In this document: piece by piece, positions 14,678-26,471 of the stretch | Position numbering within the stretch: the first letter of the stretch is position 1 | How the letters are laid out: every line of letters begins with the position of its first letter | NCBI GenBank assembly: GCA_032718475.1 | Contig: JAUCBJ010003212.1 | Location: forward strand, 1-64,000 | Origin: Nemertoderma westbladi | Lineage: Eukaryota > Animalia > Xenacoelomorpha | DNA length: 64,000 nt | Reading direction: 5' to 3' | Translations under genes and position numbers: made by a program | Notes under the pieces: generated by a model | What the model was told of the DNA's origin: nothing | Seen by the model: the letters and a program-made list of their open reading frames with translations, nothing else | Databases searched by the model: none

Positions 14678-14984
14678 GGCAGCGTTCACACAGACTACTC
14701 ACTACTACTCAAATCGAATAATACAATACAAATTAATTATAAAGTAGCTAGAGTTACCATTGTAAACGTTCAAATAAACATTATAAAATAATAAAAACCG
14801 ACGCGTTTCGAATTTTAATTCGTCTTCAGGTATATAATACATAACATGGTACAGTACAACAGTACAGCAACAATACAAATTGATTATAATTTATTCTAGA
14901 ACACATCCTTGATTTTGTATTGTAATCGTAATGAAAATTGCGCCCTTGAATAGTGAGTAGTAAGTAGTATATGTGAACCCTGCC
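14678..14984. mobile_element. PIF/Harbinger-like MITE
   Basis: Imperfect TIRs GGCAGCGTTCACACAGACTACT and AGTAGTATATGTGAACCCTGCC. Flanks TAA/TAT resemble a decayed 3-bp TWA TSD. Confidence 0.6.
14798..14830 (-). ncRNA. Minimal type I hammerhead-ribozyme-like motif (Penelope pLTR type)
   Basis: Minus strand reads C-CUGAAGA-C-GAAUU AA AAUUC-GAAA-CGCG-UC-GG: core boxes, a stem II and a palindromic ACGCGU stem III. Stem I is weak. Confidence 0.6.
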
Positions 14985-15665
14985 TATCTAAGGCTAAAAA
15001 GCAAAATATTTGTTCTATTAATAAATTAATATTAATAAGCCAAATTATATATTAATTAATAATACTGTATTAGTTAAACATTGCTTATATTACAAAACAA
15101 AGTAGATATTTATATACTAATACAATATTTACACACCATATACTGTAATACAAATATTATTACAACTCAGTTACACGCTTTTTTAGAAAGAAACAGTTTA
15201 AGACTATATAATAATTGAAGTAAACATTAAACTGAAGCTCACAGAAACAGACGTCTACCCCCAATACAAAAGGAAAATCGTCCTAAAGAAGCAGTTGAAA
15301 TATAAATATCACCCAGTATAAACTAGAAACTAAAGGATATTCACTATTTTACTTAAGAACATTTTAAGAATACTTGAGGCTGAATGTTACGAAATTTTAC
15401 TGGTTCTTATATAAAAAAAGAGTGTATTGAATTATGATTTTTTCAATACATTTGCACACTACACTGTAAAATGATTAACACATCAACAAAACGAAATTCA
15501 AAAGATTTTAAATTTTCTAACAAGTATATAATTAGTTTGCCTAATTAGGTATTATAATAGTGGGTATTCTAATTTAATAAAACTTTTTTTAAAGTGGGAA
15601 ATTCAAATTTAATTCGGCAAAGACAAGTAGTGTCTTAACAAAAGTGTACTAAATAATATATCCAT

Positions 15666-16478
15666 GATTTGGAACTCAACCTAACTTTTTCAATTTTATA
15701 GATTTGGAACTCAACCTACTACTACTACTAGGTCGAGCGAACTCGGACAGTGGAAATGAGATCCTTCCAGGCTTCCCGATTCTCCATAGTTGTCGCAATT
15801 TCGTTTCTCCCAAGTTCAGTATCCCTTTCAAGTTGATCTATATATGTTATGGCCGGTCGTCCACGACTACGCTTTCCATGAGTTGGTTGCCAGAAAAGTA
15901 GATCTGGTATGACCTCGTCTTTACTTCGCCAGCAGTGCCCACTGAATCTTAATCTGCGTTCACGGAGGGTGGTTGATACAGGTGGCATTTTTGATAGAGC
16001 TACCAAAGCCTTTTCTTTCCTAACTTCTATATCCTTTTTGCTACACTCTATGCATGATCCAAGGTACTGGAAGTCATCGACCTTCCTTAGTTGATTATTA
16101 TCAATGGTTGTCAAGTTTCCATCAACATTAAAGATCATGAATTCGGTCTTTGTAGCATTTATATGCAATCCAACCTCCTTAGCAGCCCTTTCCACTTTAT
16201 TTAGTAGAAGCTGTGCATCTGCTAGGGTATTGGAGAGCAGGGCGATGTCATCCGCAAAGTCGGTGTCTGTGACTGTAGTTGCCGGATATCTACTACTTCT
16301 GCGTTCTTGAAGTGTGAATCCCAGGGAAGTTGAGTTCCCATTGGAACTCAACCTAACTTTTTCAATTTTATAGATTTGGAACTCAACCTAACTTTTTCAA
16401 TTTTATAGATTTGGAACTCAACCTAGCTTTTTCAATTTTATAGATTTGGAACTCAACCTAGCTTTTTCAATTTTATAT
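15666..16478. repeat. 35-bp minisatellite (GATTTGGAACTCAACCTAACTTTTTCAATTTTATA) split by an RTE insertion
   Basis: About 1.5 units at 15666..15718 and about 4 units at 16341..16478. Confidence 0.9.
15719..16340 (-). mobile_element. 5'-truncated, internally deleted RTE-clade LINE with TSD
   Basis: ORF 15728..16351 has TDTDFADDIALL, DFQYLGS and RRLRFSGHCWR. (TAG)n tail near 15716..15730. TSD TTGGAACTCAACCTA at 15704..15718 and 16341..16355. Confidence 0.9.
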
Positions 16479-18580
16479 ATCTACCGAGAGACCGACCAGC
16501 TACAAAGAACTAAACCACCCCTTACTTCCTAAATAATATATATATATATATAATATTATTTAGTACACCTTGCTTAAAAACCCAACAATCACAAAACTTA
16601 ATTGAATTAGAGGTGTTATCATATTGCTATCACATTATATTATGTTCAATAGTTTGCCTGGAATAACTTACTTGTTGTAATACAATGGTAGAACCTATGA
16701 GTTTCGAAAAGTATGGATGTACCACTACTGTAATGTGTTCGGGTTGTTTATTTTAATTTCCCCTTGTAACCAGCTTGGTTTTTATTTGTTTTCCCCCTTC
16801 CCGGATTTTTCGTCCCCATATTTTACCCTGGGTGGTTGCAGCCCCTCAGCTCCCCCACCAGTAAGTAAGAAGAACTCGGTACTAAATTTTCAATATTTTT
16901 TTTCTGACTAGAGTATTATTACTGTACTTCATTGAATTGAGCATTGAGTACGCATGATGCGTGCTTATTGCATTATTATCCGGTTACTACCTCCCTTGTT
17001 GCTTTACTTTCGCGACTAAATCGATCACGCCGTATACATTGTAGTTTATATAGCCACACAATGTATGTATTAATGGTAATCAATTTATTTAAGCTTGCAA
17101 GATTTTACGTAAAGCTTTGGCTTAGTAGTAGTGGCTACTAATTGTCATTTCGTACCTATTGGTTATCTTTGTACAGATAATAGCGTCGGGAGCAATAAAT
17201 TATTTAACGACTCAATTACTGCTTTAAGCGTGAAGCGCGCTAGGCTTTAGTGCCGTAGTTCCTATTTAATATTCAATAGGTGTAGGAAAGAAGGTTGAGT
17301 ATTGTGATCCATTTATTAGATGTCATATAACAAGTAAAATATACCAAATCAGATATATTTCTTTGCCACTTATTTTATTATGTTTTAACGGGGTTATTTT
17401 CCCGTAAAAGATAATTGGATTATTTTTAGAACCAATATGTAGGCCTACTGTATGCTTAAATGCAACATAATTATTGTTCATTCATACTGTCCTGTATGTT
17501 CGGCGAACCACAAAGTTAGTGTGCGTTAGCTTACTGTATTATTCGGGCCAAATCGGAATCGACTGTATGTCTGTCAATCTGTCAGGCTTTCTGACGACTG
17601 TAGGCCTCTAGGCCTACAGGTCAATGAGTGAATGCAATAATATACGGTGCGTATTTGGACACACATCATTCTTTTTGAAAATTGAAAATAAATAAATCTT
17701 TGTTCGTGTGGGTCCTACATATATTACTATAATATTATTGGTATACTTTGGCTGAACGAACGAATATATTGCATCTACAGTATTAATATGCTTGTGCTGG
17801 ACTATTACGGCTATTACAGTTATTGTTAATCATCGCCCATTGTTATTAATCTGAAATTTATTCAGAGCAGCTGCTGTTGATGACTTCTAAGTTTTGCAGT
17901 GTGGATGTGTTTGTCATACACAAAGTTGGGAAAATATGCCCTGATGAATCTTCTTAATTAACATATTATTTGACCTTAGCAACATTGATTTTTTTCATAG
18001 CAACAAGAATGATTGGAACGATTGGTTGTATGTTCCGGTATAATCCGGTACAGACAAACTTGAGTTTAATAAGTAGGCCCTATCGATTGGCTAATCTCTA
18101 CCTAATTATCATTAATTAATTCCCAATTATTATTATTGAATTAATAATAGGATATTATGATATTTGAAAAATATCAATATGTTTTACAATTTTTTAGATT
18201 CTTAAAATTATCATGCGGTTTCTTGTTGGTATCACTAATTTTACGGATTTGTAATTTAATTAGATTAATTTTCTATTCAAGCTCTATAAAACACAGCTGC
18301 ATGGCGTGGTGGGCGGGATCAGAACCAAGTTAGGCTAATTAATTTTATTATCTTCGTCTCTGCAAATTCTAAATAATTTAATTCTTTTTTGCATTTCTGA
18401 AAATTCTGAATAATTTTTTTTTCTTAAAAAAAATTATTTAATTTACAGTTTGCAGAAATTATAAAAAAATAATAAATTAATAGACATAGTAGATTATATA
18501 TAGATGTATTTTTATAGACATCATGATCGTATTACTCAATACTACAATACTGTACATATATGTAGTTAAGTCATTTTTAG

Positions 18581-21500
18581 TGAATGGGACGAATGTCCGA
18601 ATGGGACGGAGGTCCGAATAGGACGGAGGTCCGAATAGGACGGAGGTTCGAATAGGACGAATTTCCGAATAGGACGGAGGGCCGAATAGGACGGAGGTCC
18701 GAATAGGACGGAGGTCCGAATGGAGCGGAGGTCCGAATAGGACGGAGGTCCGAATGGAGCGGAGGTCCGAATAGGACGGAGGTCCGAATAGGATGGATGT
18801 CCGATTAGGGCGAAGGTCCGAATAGGACGGAGGTCCGAATAGGACAAAGGTCCGAATGGGACGGAGGTCCGAATAGGACGGATGTCCGAATAGGACGAAG
18901 GTCCGAATGGGACGGAGGTCCGAATAGATGGATGTCCGAATAGGACGGAGGTCCGAATAGGACGAAGGTCCGAATGGGACGGAGGTCCGAATAGGACGAA
19001 GGTCCGAATAGGACGAAGGTCCGAATGGGACGGAGGTCCGAATAGGACGGCGGTCCGAATAGGACGAAGGTCCGAATGGGACGGAGGTCCGAATGGGACG
19101 GAGGTCCGAATGGGACGGAGGTCCGAATGGGACGGAGGTCCGAATAGGACGAAGGTCCGAATAGGACGGAGGTCCGAATAGGACGGAGGTCCGAATAGGA
19201 TGAAGGTCCGAATAGGACGGAGGTCCGAATAGGACGGAGGTCCGAATAGGACGAAGGTCCGAATAGGACGGAGGTCCGAATAGGACGGAGGTCCGAATAG
19301 GACGGAGGTCCGAATAGGGCGAAGGTCCGAATAGGACGAAGGTCCGAATAGGACGGAGGTCCGAATAGGACGGAGGTCCGAATAGGATGGAGGTCCGAAT
19401 AGGACAAAGGTCCGAATGGGACGGAGGTCCGAATAGGACGGATGTCCGAATAGGACGAAGGTCCGAATAGGACGAAGGTCCGAATGGGACGGAGGTCCGA
19501 ATAGGATGGATGTCCGAATGGGACGGAGGTCCGAATAGGACGGAGGTCCGAATAGGACGGAGGTCCGAATAGGGCGAAGGTCCGAATAGGACGAAGGTCC
19601 GAATAGGACGGAGGTCCGAATGGGACGGAGGTCCGAATAGGATGGATGTCCGAATAGGACGGAGGTCCGAATAGGACGGAGGTCCGAATAGGACGAAGGT
19701 CCGAATGGGACGGAGGTCCGAATAGGATGGATGTCCGAATAGGACGGAGGTCCGAATAGGACGGAGGTCCGAATAGGATGGATGTCCGAATAGGACGGAG
19801 GTCCGAATAGGACGGAGGTCCGAATAGGACGGAGGTCCGAATGGGACGGAGGTCCGAATAGGACGAAGGTCCGAATAGGACGAAGGTCCGAATGGGACGG
19901 AGGTCCGAATAGGATGGATTTCCTAATAGGACGAAGGTCCGAATGGGACGGAGGTCCGAATAGGACGAAGGTCCGAATAGGACGAAGGTCCGAATAGGAC
20001 GAAGGTCCGAATGGGATGGAGGTCCGAATAGGATGGATGTCCGAATAGGATGAAGGTCCGAATAGGACGGAGGTCCGAATAGGAAGTTCCGAATAGGACG
20101 GAGGTCCGAATAGGATGGATGTCCGAATAGGGCGAAGGTCCGAATGGGACGGAGGTCCGAATAGGACGAAGGTCCGAATGGGACGGAGGTCCGAATAGGA
20201 CGAAGGTCCGAATAGGACGAAGGTCCGAATAGGACGGAGGTCCGAATAGGACGAAGGTCCGAATAGGACGGAGGTCCGAATAGGACGAAGGTCCGAATGG
20301 GACGGAGGTCCGAATAGGACGGATGTCCGAATAGGAAGGTCCGAATAGGACAAAGGTCCGAATGGGACGGAGGTCCGAATAGGACGGATGTCCGAATAGG
20401 ACGAAGGTCCGAATAGGACGGAGGTCCGAATAGGACGGATGTCCGAATAGGATGGATGTCCGAATAGGGCGAAGGTCCGAATAGGACGGAGGTCCGAATG
20501 GGACGGAGGTCCGAATAGGACGAAGGTCCGAATGGGACGGAGGTCCGAATAGGACGAAGGTCCGAATAGGACGGAGGTCCGAATAGGACGAAGGTCCGAA
20601 TAGGACGGAGGTCCGAATGGGACGGAGGTCCGAATAGGACGAAGGTCCGAATGGGACGGAGGTCCGAATAGGACGGAGGTCCGAATAGGACGAAGGTCCG
20701 AATAGGACGGAGGTCCGAATAGGACGAAGGTCCGAATAGGACGGAGGTCCGAATAGGACGGAGGTCCGAATAGGATGGAGGTCCGAATAGGACAAAGGTC
20801 CGAATGGGACGGAGGTCCGAATAGGACGGATGTCCGAATAGGACGAAGGTCCGAATAGGACGGAGGTCCGAATAGGACGGATGTCCGAATAGGATGGATG
20901 TCCGAATAGGGCGAAGGTCCGAATAGGACGGAGGTCCGAATGGGACGGAGGTCCGAATAGGACGAAGGTCCGAATGGGACGGAGGTCCGAATAGGACGAA
21001 GGTCCGAATAGGACGAAGGTCCGAAAAGGACGGAGGTCCGAATAGGACGAAGGTCCGAATGGGACGGAGGTCCGAATAGGACGAAGGTCCGAATAGGACG
21101 GATGTCCGAATAGGACGAAGGTCCGAATAGGACGGAGGTCCGAATAGGACGGAGGTCCGAATAGGACGAAGGTCCGAATGGGACGGAGGTCCGAATAGGA
21201 CGGATGTCCGAATAGGAAGGTCCGAATAGGAAGGTCCGAATAGGACGGAGGTCCGAATGGGACGGAGGTCCGAATAGAATGAAGGTCCGAATAGGATGAA
21301 GGTCCGAATAGGACGGAGGTCCGAATAGGATGAAGGTCCGAATAGGACGGAGGTCCGAATAGGAAGGTCCGAATAGGACGGAGGTCGGAATGGGACGGAG
21401 GTCCGAATAGGATGAAGGTCCGAATAGGATGAAGGTCCGAATAGGACGGAGGTCCGAATAGGACGAAGGTCCGAATAGGACGGAGGTCCGAATAGGAAGG

Positions 21501-21830
21501 AGGTCCGAATAGGACGAAGGTCCGAATAGGACGAAGGTCCGAATGGGACGGAGGTCCGAATAGGACGGATGTCCGAATAGGAAGGTCCGAATAGGACGGA
21601 GGTCCGAATGGGACGGAGGTCCGAATAGGACGAAGGTCCGAATAGGACGAAGGTCCGAATAGGACGGAGGTCCGAATAGGACGAAGGTCCGAATAGTACG
21701 GAGGTCCAAATGGGACGAAGGTCCGAATAGGACGGAGGTCCGAATAGGACGAAGGTCCGAATAGGATGAAGGTCCGAATAGGACGAAGGTCGAATGGGAC
21801 GGAGATCCGAAAGGACGAAAGTCCGAAAAA
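18581..21830. repeat. 17-bp satellite (GAATAGGACGGAGGTCC and variants)
   Basis: Regular 17-bp period with occasional 13-bp deleted units. Three inverted unit copies (TTCGGACCTTC) follow at ~21859..21903, ending CCCAATACCC at ~21914. Confidence 0.96.
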
Positions 21831-22268
21831 AAGCGACCCAGACGGCCAGACGGCCACTTTCGGACCTTCATCCCCTTCGGACCTTCGTCTCATTCGGACC
21901 TTCGACCCAATACCCTAGGAAGCCATAGGTTTCTATTGTACCGTTGGTTTTGTGTAAGCCTCCCGGCACCACAATGCCGAATTTCTGCAGCCTTGATTCG
22001 GATGTGAACCCGTGCCGCCAAACACTATTGTGAAAGAGTTCAGGCGCTATATCCCCCCCGACAAGTAGTACTACAATACTCGGGCACTGCGACGTTCCGA
22101 CGTACGAAATTGTAAATAGTATGTGACTCAGAAGTTATTGACAATTTTAGCCTTTGAATTTGGTGCACCGGCACCGGAGCAGTCTGCTACACAGTAGTTT
22201 AATTTGTGGTAGGGGGGCATAGCTAATATTTAAATTATTTCTGACTGACTGAGAATGTGTTGCACGTA

Positions 22269-23360
22269 TATGGCGTCTCAAAAGGATCAAAATCATAACA
22301 ATTACTGCAGTACTTTGAAATAATATAATAGTGTATGTAAATAATTAAATCACTCATGAAAATATTTAAATCACTTATGAAATATTTAAAAGATGTCCAA
22401 ATGTTATTGCGGCAATAAATAATTATTGCGGCTATAAATAATTATTGCGGCAATAAATAATTATTGCGGCAATAAATAATTATTGCGGCAATAAATAATT
22501 ATTGCGGCTATAAATAATTATTGCGGCAATAAATAATTATAGCGGCAATAAATAATTATTGCGGCAATAAATAGTTATTGCGGCAATAAATAATTATTGC
22601 GGCAATAAATAATTATTGCGGCAATAAATAATTATTGCGGCAATAAATAGTTATTGCGGCAATACATAATTATTGCGGCAATAAAAAAATAATTGCGGCA
22701 ATAAATAATTATTACGGCAATAAATATGGCCGAGTGGGTTAAGGCGCCACTCCTGATTTGCACTATTGGTAACTGGCGCAGGCGCAGGTTCGATTTCAAC
22801 TTAAGGCTATTATTATTTCGTTCAATCTTTGGAGGGTCAAGGGAGCCAGCCTCACTGTTCACATACCAGTAGTGGTAGCGAAGATATTTCATTGGTTGCT
22901 AGGTTCTAGGATTAATGTGTTATAATGAAATCTTCAATGGAGTGCATCACATTACCAGTGGTTGTGGGTGGCTCGCTCAGGTAGCAGCAATATTTTGTTT
23001 CTAAAGTAAATTTCATTATTACTGAATGTTATAGGCAAAGACTTGTAGAAGTAATTATTTATTGCCGCAATAATTATTTATAGCCGCAATAATTATTTAT
23101 TGCCGCAATAATTATTTATTGCCGCAATAATTATTTATTGCCGCAATAATTATTTATTGCCGCAATAATTATTTATTGCCGCAATAATTATTTATTGCCG
23201 CAATAATTATTTATTGCCGCAATAACATTTGGACATCTTTTAAATATTTCATAAGTGATTTAAATATTTTCATGAGTGATTTAATTATTTACATACACTA
23301 TTATATTATTTCAAAGTACTGCAGTAATTGTTATGATTTTGATCCTTTTGAGACGCCATA
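22269..23360. mobile_element. Non-autonomous foldback DNA transposon, IS3EU-type termini
   Basis: TIRs of ~135 bp unique sequence (TATGGCGTCTC...GAGACGCCATA) continue inward as inverted arrays of a 19-bp unit (TTATTGCGGCAATAAATAA). Perfect 6-bp TSD CACGTA at 22263..22268 and 23361..23366. Confidence 0.88.
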
Positions 23361-23648
23361 CACGTATTGCTCTTCGATATTTATATTGTATTTTATATTG
23401 AATTTTAATATTGTAGATGTCAGTGATGGTTCTAAAAATACCTACATGTATATACAGCATCTACTCGTACAGTAATTAACATATTGCCTATCGTACTGAA
23501 CGAACTTAAATATATTTGTTTTTCTTCAGAGGAAATTTAACAATACCAATAGATTTGCTTGGAGATATGACAATATTAACAGAAACTACTGTATGTGTGT
23601 TCTAAGAGATTTGCTTGGAGTTGGAGATATGTAATATCAAGGGGAACT

Positions 23649-23973
23649 ATGTGCGATCTATGTTCGGCTACACCTCCTACTCTACGGCGAGTCCTTGGCG
23701 TGGTGATTACATTGATTATCTATATCGCTATAATGGGAACCGTTATTCATTACATTGAGAAAGATTACGCGTTGGATATATTACTCGAGAGGGAGAACTT
23801 GATCAAATCTGAAATGGAGTCCTCTATCCAGGATGCTTTAAATTTAACGCCCACAAGAGAGCTTTTGAATTCGCTGTACGAAATTGGCAGCAGAGGTCGT
23901 TACGAAAAATATCCTTTGGCAAAAAACTTAGAGTCGAGTTTATTTTTCGTCTACATTTTATTATCAACTGTGG
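23649..23973 (+). CDS. Two-pore-domain K+ channel (K2P/KCNK family), coding exon 1 (TM1, cap, start of P1)
   Basis: ATG at 23649, hydrophobic TM1 (VLGVVITLIIYIAIMGTVIHYIE), then SSLFFVYILLSTV-G followed by donor GTGAGT at 23974. The start codon is inferred. Confidence 0.88.
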
Positions 23974-24429
23974 GTGAGTATTTTTTTAATAGGTTGTTTT
24001 ATTAGAAGCTTACTGCTGTATTATACAGCACTACAATACCACCACTACTCAGCACAACAACAGCAAAACAACTAGCACTGTATTGCGTAACAGACCACAT
24101 ACAGTACCTGACTGTTTTATAATGACATTTATTTATATAGTTCACTTACATATACAGTAGTTCACTTATATTGACTGGTGAGCGAAGCAAACAGAGAAGA
24201 TTTCTCCACATTTTCGCTTATGACACATGTCCTGTAAATACTCTATCACTATCCCTGAATTTTCACTGATTTGTCCTATTTTTATAAGAATTCCCTGACA
24301 TTTTCCCAGACATTTCAGCGCCCATGGGTGAGTGCGCCCGGGGGAACGTCCCCCCCCCCCCCCTTCCCTACGCCCCTGAACCAGATGGTGAAACTGAGTT
24401 CTTATCAAACCTGGCTGGCGCACTGAAAG

Positions 24430-25120
24430 CTGACACAATTGTATTGGATTACACAATGACGACGGCCACAAAGGGAGATGATTTGGATTCACACTACAAG
24501 ATCGCAGAAGTAGCAGATATCCGGCAACTACAGTCACAGACATTGACTTTGCGGATGACATCGCCAGGCTCTCTAATACGCTAGCAGTTGCACAGCTTAT
24601 ACTGAATAAAGTAGAGAAGACTGCAAAGGAGGTTGTAATGGATACAAATGCTACCAAGACCGAATTCATGACTTTTATTGTGAAGATGGTGAAAATGGAA
24701 ATTGACACAATCGATAATAATATACTAAGGTTGACGACTTCAGTACCTTGGGTCATGGATAGATAGTAGCTAAAATGACAAAACTTAGTAAAGCAAAGGC
24801 ATGGGTAGAGCTCTAACAAAAATGGATACCATCTGGAATTCGGATCTATCTCTAGCTCCAGGCACTGACAACTAAGTTGTTTCGAGCCACTGTGGAAAGT
24901 GTACCTTTATAGCCATACGGCGGTGAGACCTGGACGCTGATGAAATCACTTGAAACAACGAATTGATGGTTGCTACACTACACAAGACTACTATATAAGG
25001 GTAGCCCACAACATCAGCTGGAGACAACACATGACAAACGCCGAGCTTTATGGTACAATACCACCTGTATCAACCACTCTCACACGCCGAGCTATATGGT
25101 ACAATACCACCTGTATCAAC
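24430..25120 (+). mobile_element. Degenerate RTE fragment in the K2P intron, same family as 15719..16340
   Basis: Shares GGATTCACACT..AGAAGTAGxAGATATCCGGCAACTACAGTCACAGAC..TTTGCGGATGACATCGCC and CCACCTGTATCAACC with that element. Many frameshifts. Confidence 0.82.
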
Positions 25121-25205
25121 CCCCCCCCCCCCGTATACATTTCCTACCCTGACAAATTAAAATCAAAATAATTTAATTTATTATTTTTTCATTTATTATT
25201 TCTAG

Positions 25206-26068
25206 GTTACGGAGATACGGTACCAGTTTCAGACTTTGGGATATACGCAACGATTGTTACCGGTTTCGTTGGAATACCAATCGTGTTATACACTATATCA
25301 GTTTTGGGAGGAATTCACTCTCAATGGGCGCACAAATTCATCCACTTTCTTGAACGTAAAAGCCCCAAAAGTTGGAATAAAAATTCCACATTTCGTCTTT
25401 CGGTTTACATTTATGTTACATTATTTGTTACATGTCTCCTTGTCGTGTCAACATCGATATTCGCTTATGTTGAGAGTTGGTCCTTTACCCGGGCTTTGTA
25501 CACAGCCTTTGTGACATTCTCTACTGTTGGGTTTGGAGACAGTATCCCAGGAGATGTCCAACTAAACCAAGCCTTGCTCGTAATTTACAGAATATTCGTG
25601 GTTGTCATTTCCATGATCGGATTCTCTTGCTTTTCCTTTATGTTTATGTGTTTGTCGAAAGGGAATTCATTGCGTGATCCTTCTGACCTAGCTTTTGCGG
25701 TTTCAAGGGCGCATACTCCGATCACAGTAATGGGGCTACATTCTGAGCTAAATCCGGTAATGGTTAAACGAGTGTCCAATCAGAAGCCAAAGACAACAGA
25801 AGTCACAAACAATGAAATCATGAATACAATTTCAAATATTCCAGTGAACAGAGAAATATCCTGTACGATATCGGAAGCTCAATTCAATGATAAAAAGTTA
25901 AATTTAACAGACGACAATGATATATGTTCTACATCATTGGAAGCTATAGCCAATGACAAACCAGGTATCGCTAATTGTCTCACAGACGATTTGCATTGCG
26001 AAAACAAGCAGTCCATTACGGTAAACTCTGTCCGAGGTTCCAATTCCACATTATGTGGTACTGACTAA
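25206..26068 (+). CDS. K2P channel coding exon 2 (end of P1, TM2, TM3, P2, TM4, C-tail); spliced CDS ~395 aa
   Basis: Acceptor TTCTAG ending at 25205. The splice restores TVGYGD in frame. Second pore reads WSFTRALYTAFVTFSTVGFGDSIPG. Stop at 26066..26068. Confidence 0.92.
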
Positions 26069-26471
26069 AGTTGGAGAGTTACTTTACATTACACTTAAAC
26101 TGTAGGTTCTTCGGTCTTATCATGAGTAAAACTAGGGGTTAGTAAACTAAGTGAAAAAAACTGAAGAGCTAAGAGTTACACATTACATACAGTAAGTATT
26201 GTATAATTAATTGCAATTAATTGTTAAGGATATATGTTGGAATGTATATGGGTTGGGTTCACTATAAGGGGGCGGCATTGGGTAAGTCTTTACTACCGTA
26301 AATACCAAGTTATAGAGTGCGCTTGACGCACTTATATTTTTTAACATAAAAGTGATTGTTTTTAATACTTATTTTGAAGAATAAACAGCAATGGCATCTA
26401 TAAAACTAACTGTTAGAAATAGATTTGGTCAACAAATTTACTTTACACATTTATTGAGGTGTCCATATTGG

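Larger units (their letters stand above)
15639..16573. mobile_element. TTAA-flanked non-autonomous element with subterminal inverted repeats
   Basis: GTGTACTAAATAATAT (15644..15659) is the reverse complement of ATATTATTTAGTACAC (16553..16568). TTAA at 15635..15638 and 16574..16577. Confidence 0.5.

Noticed and set aside
17581-17622. CTGACGA followed by a TAGGCCTA hairpin
   Set aside because: No GAAA box after the stem. TAGGCCTA/TACCGGTA palindromes recur throughout the window.
18566-21893. 1101-aa and 656-aa minus-strand ORFs
   Set aside because: They are translations of a 17-bp unit that is stop-free on that strand. The same peptide cycles through all frames and there is no unique coding flank.
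22727-22797. Functional tRNA gene (likewise 13855..13918 and 47316..47388)
   Set aside because: Only A/B-box-like motifs are present, and a complete cloverleaf cannot be folded.
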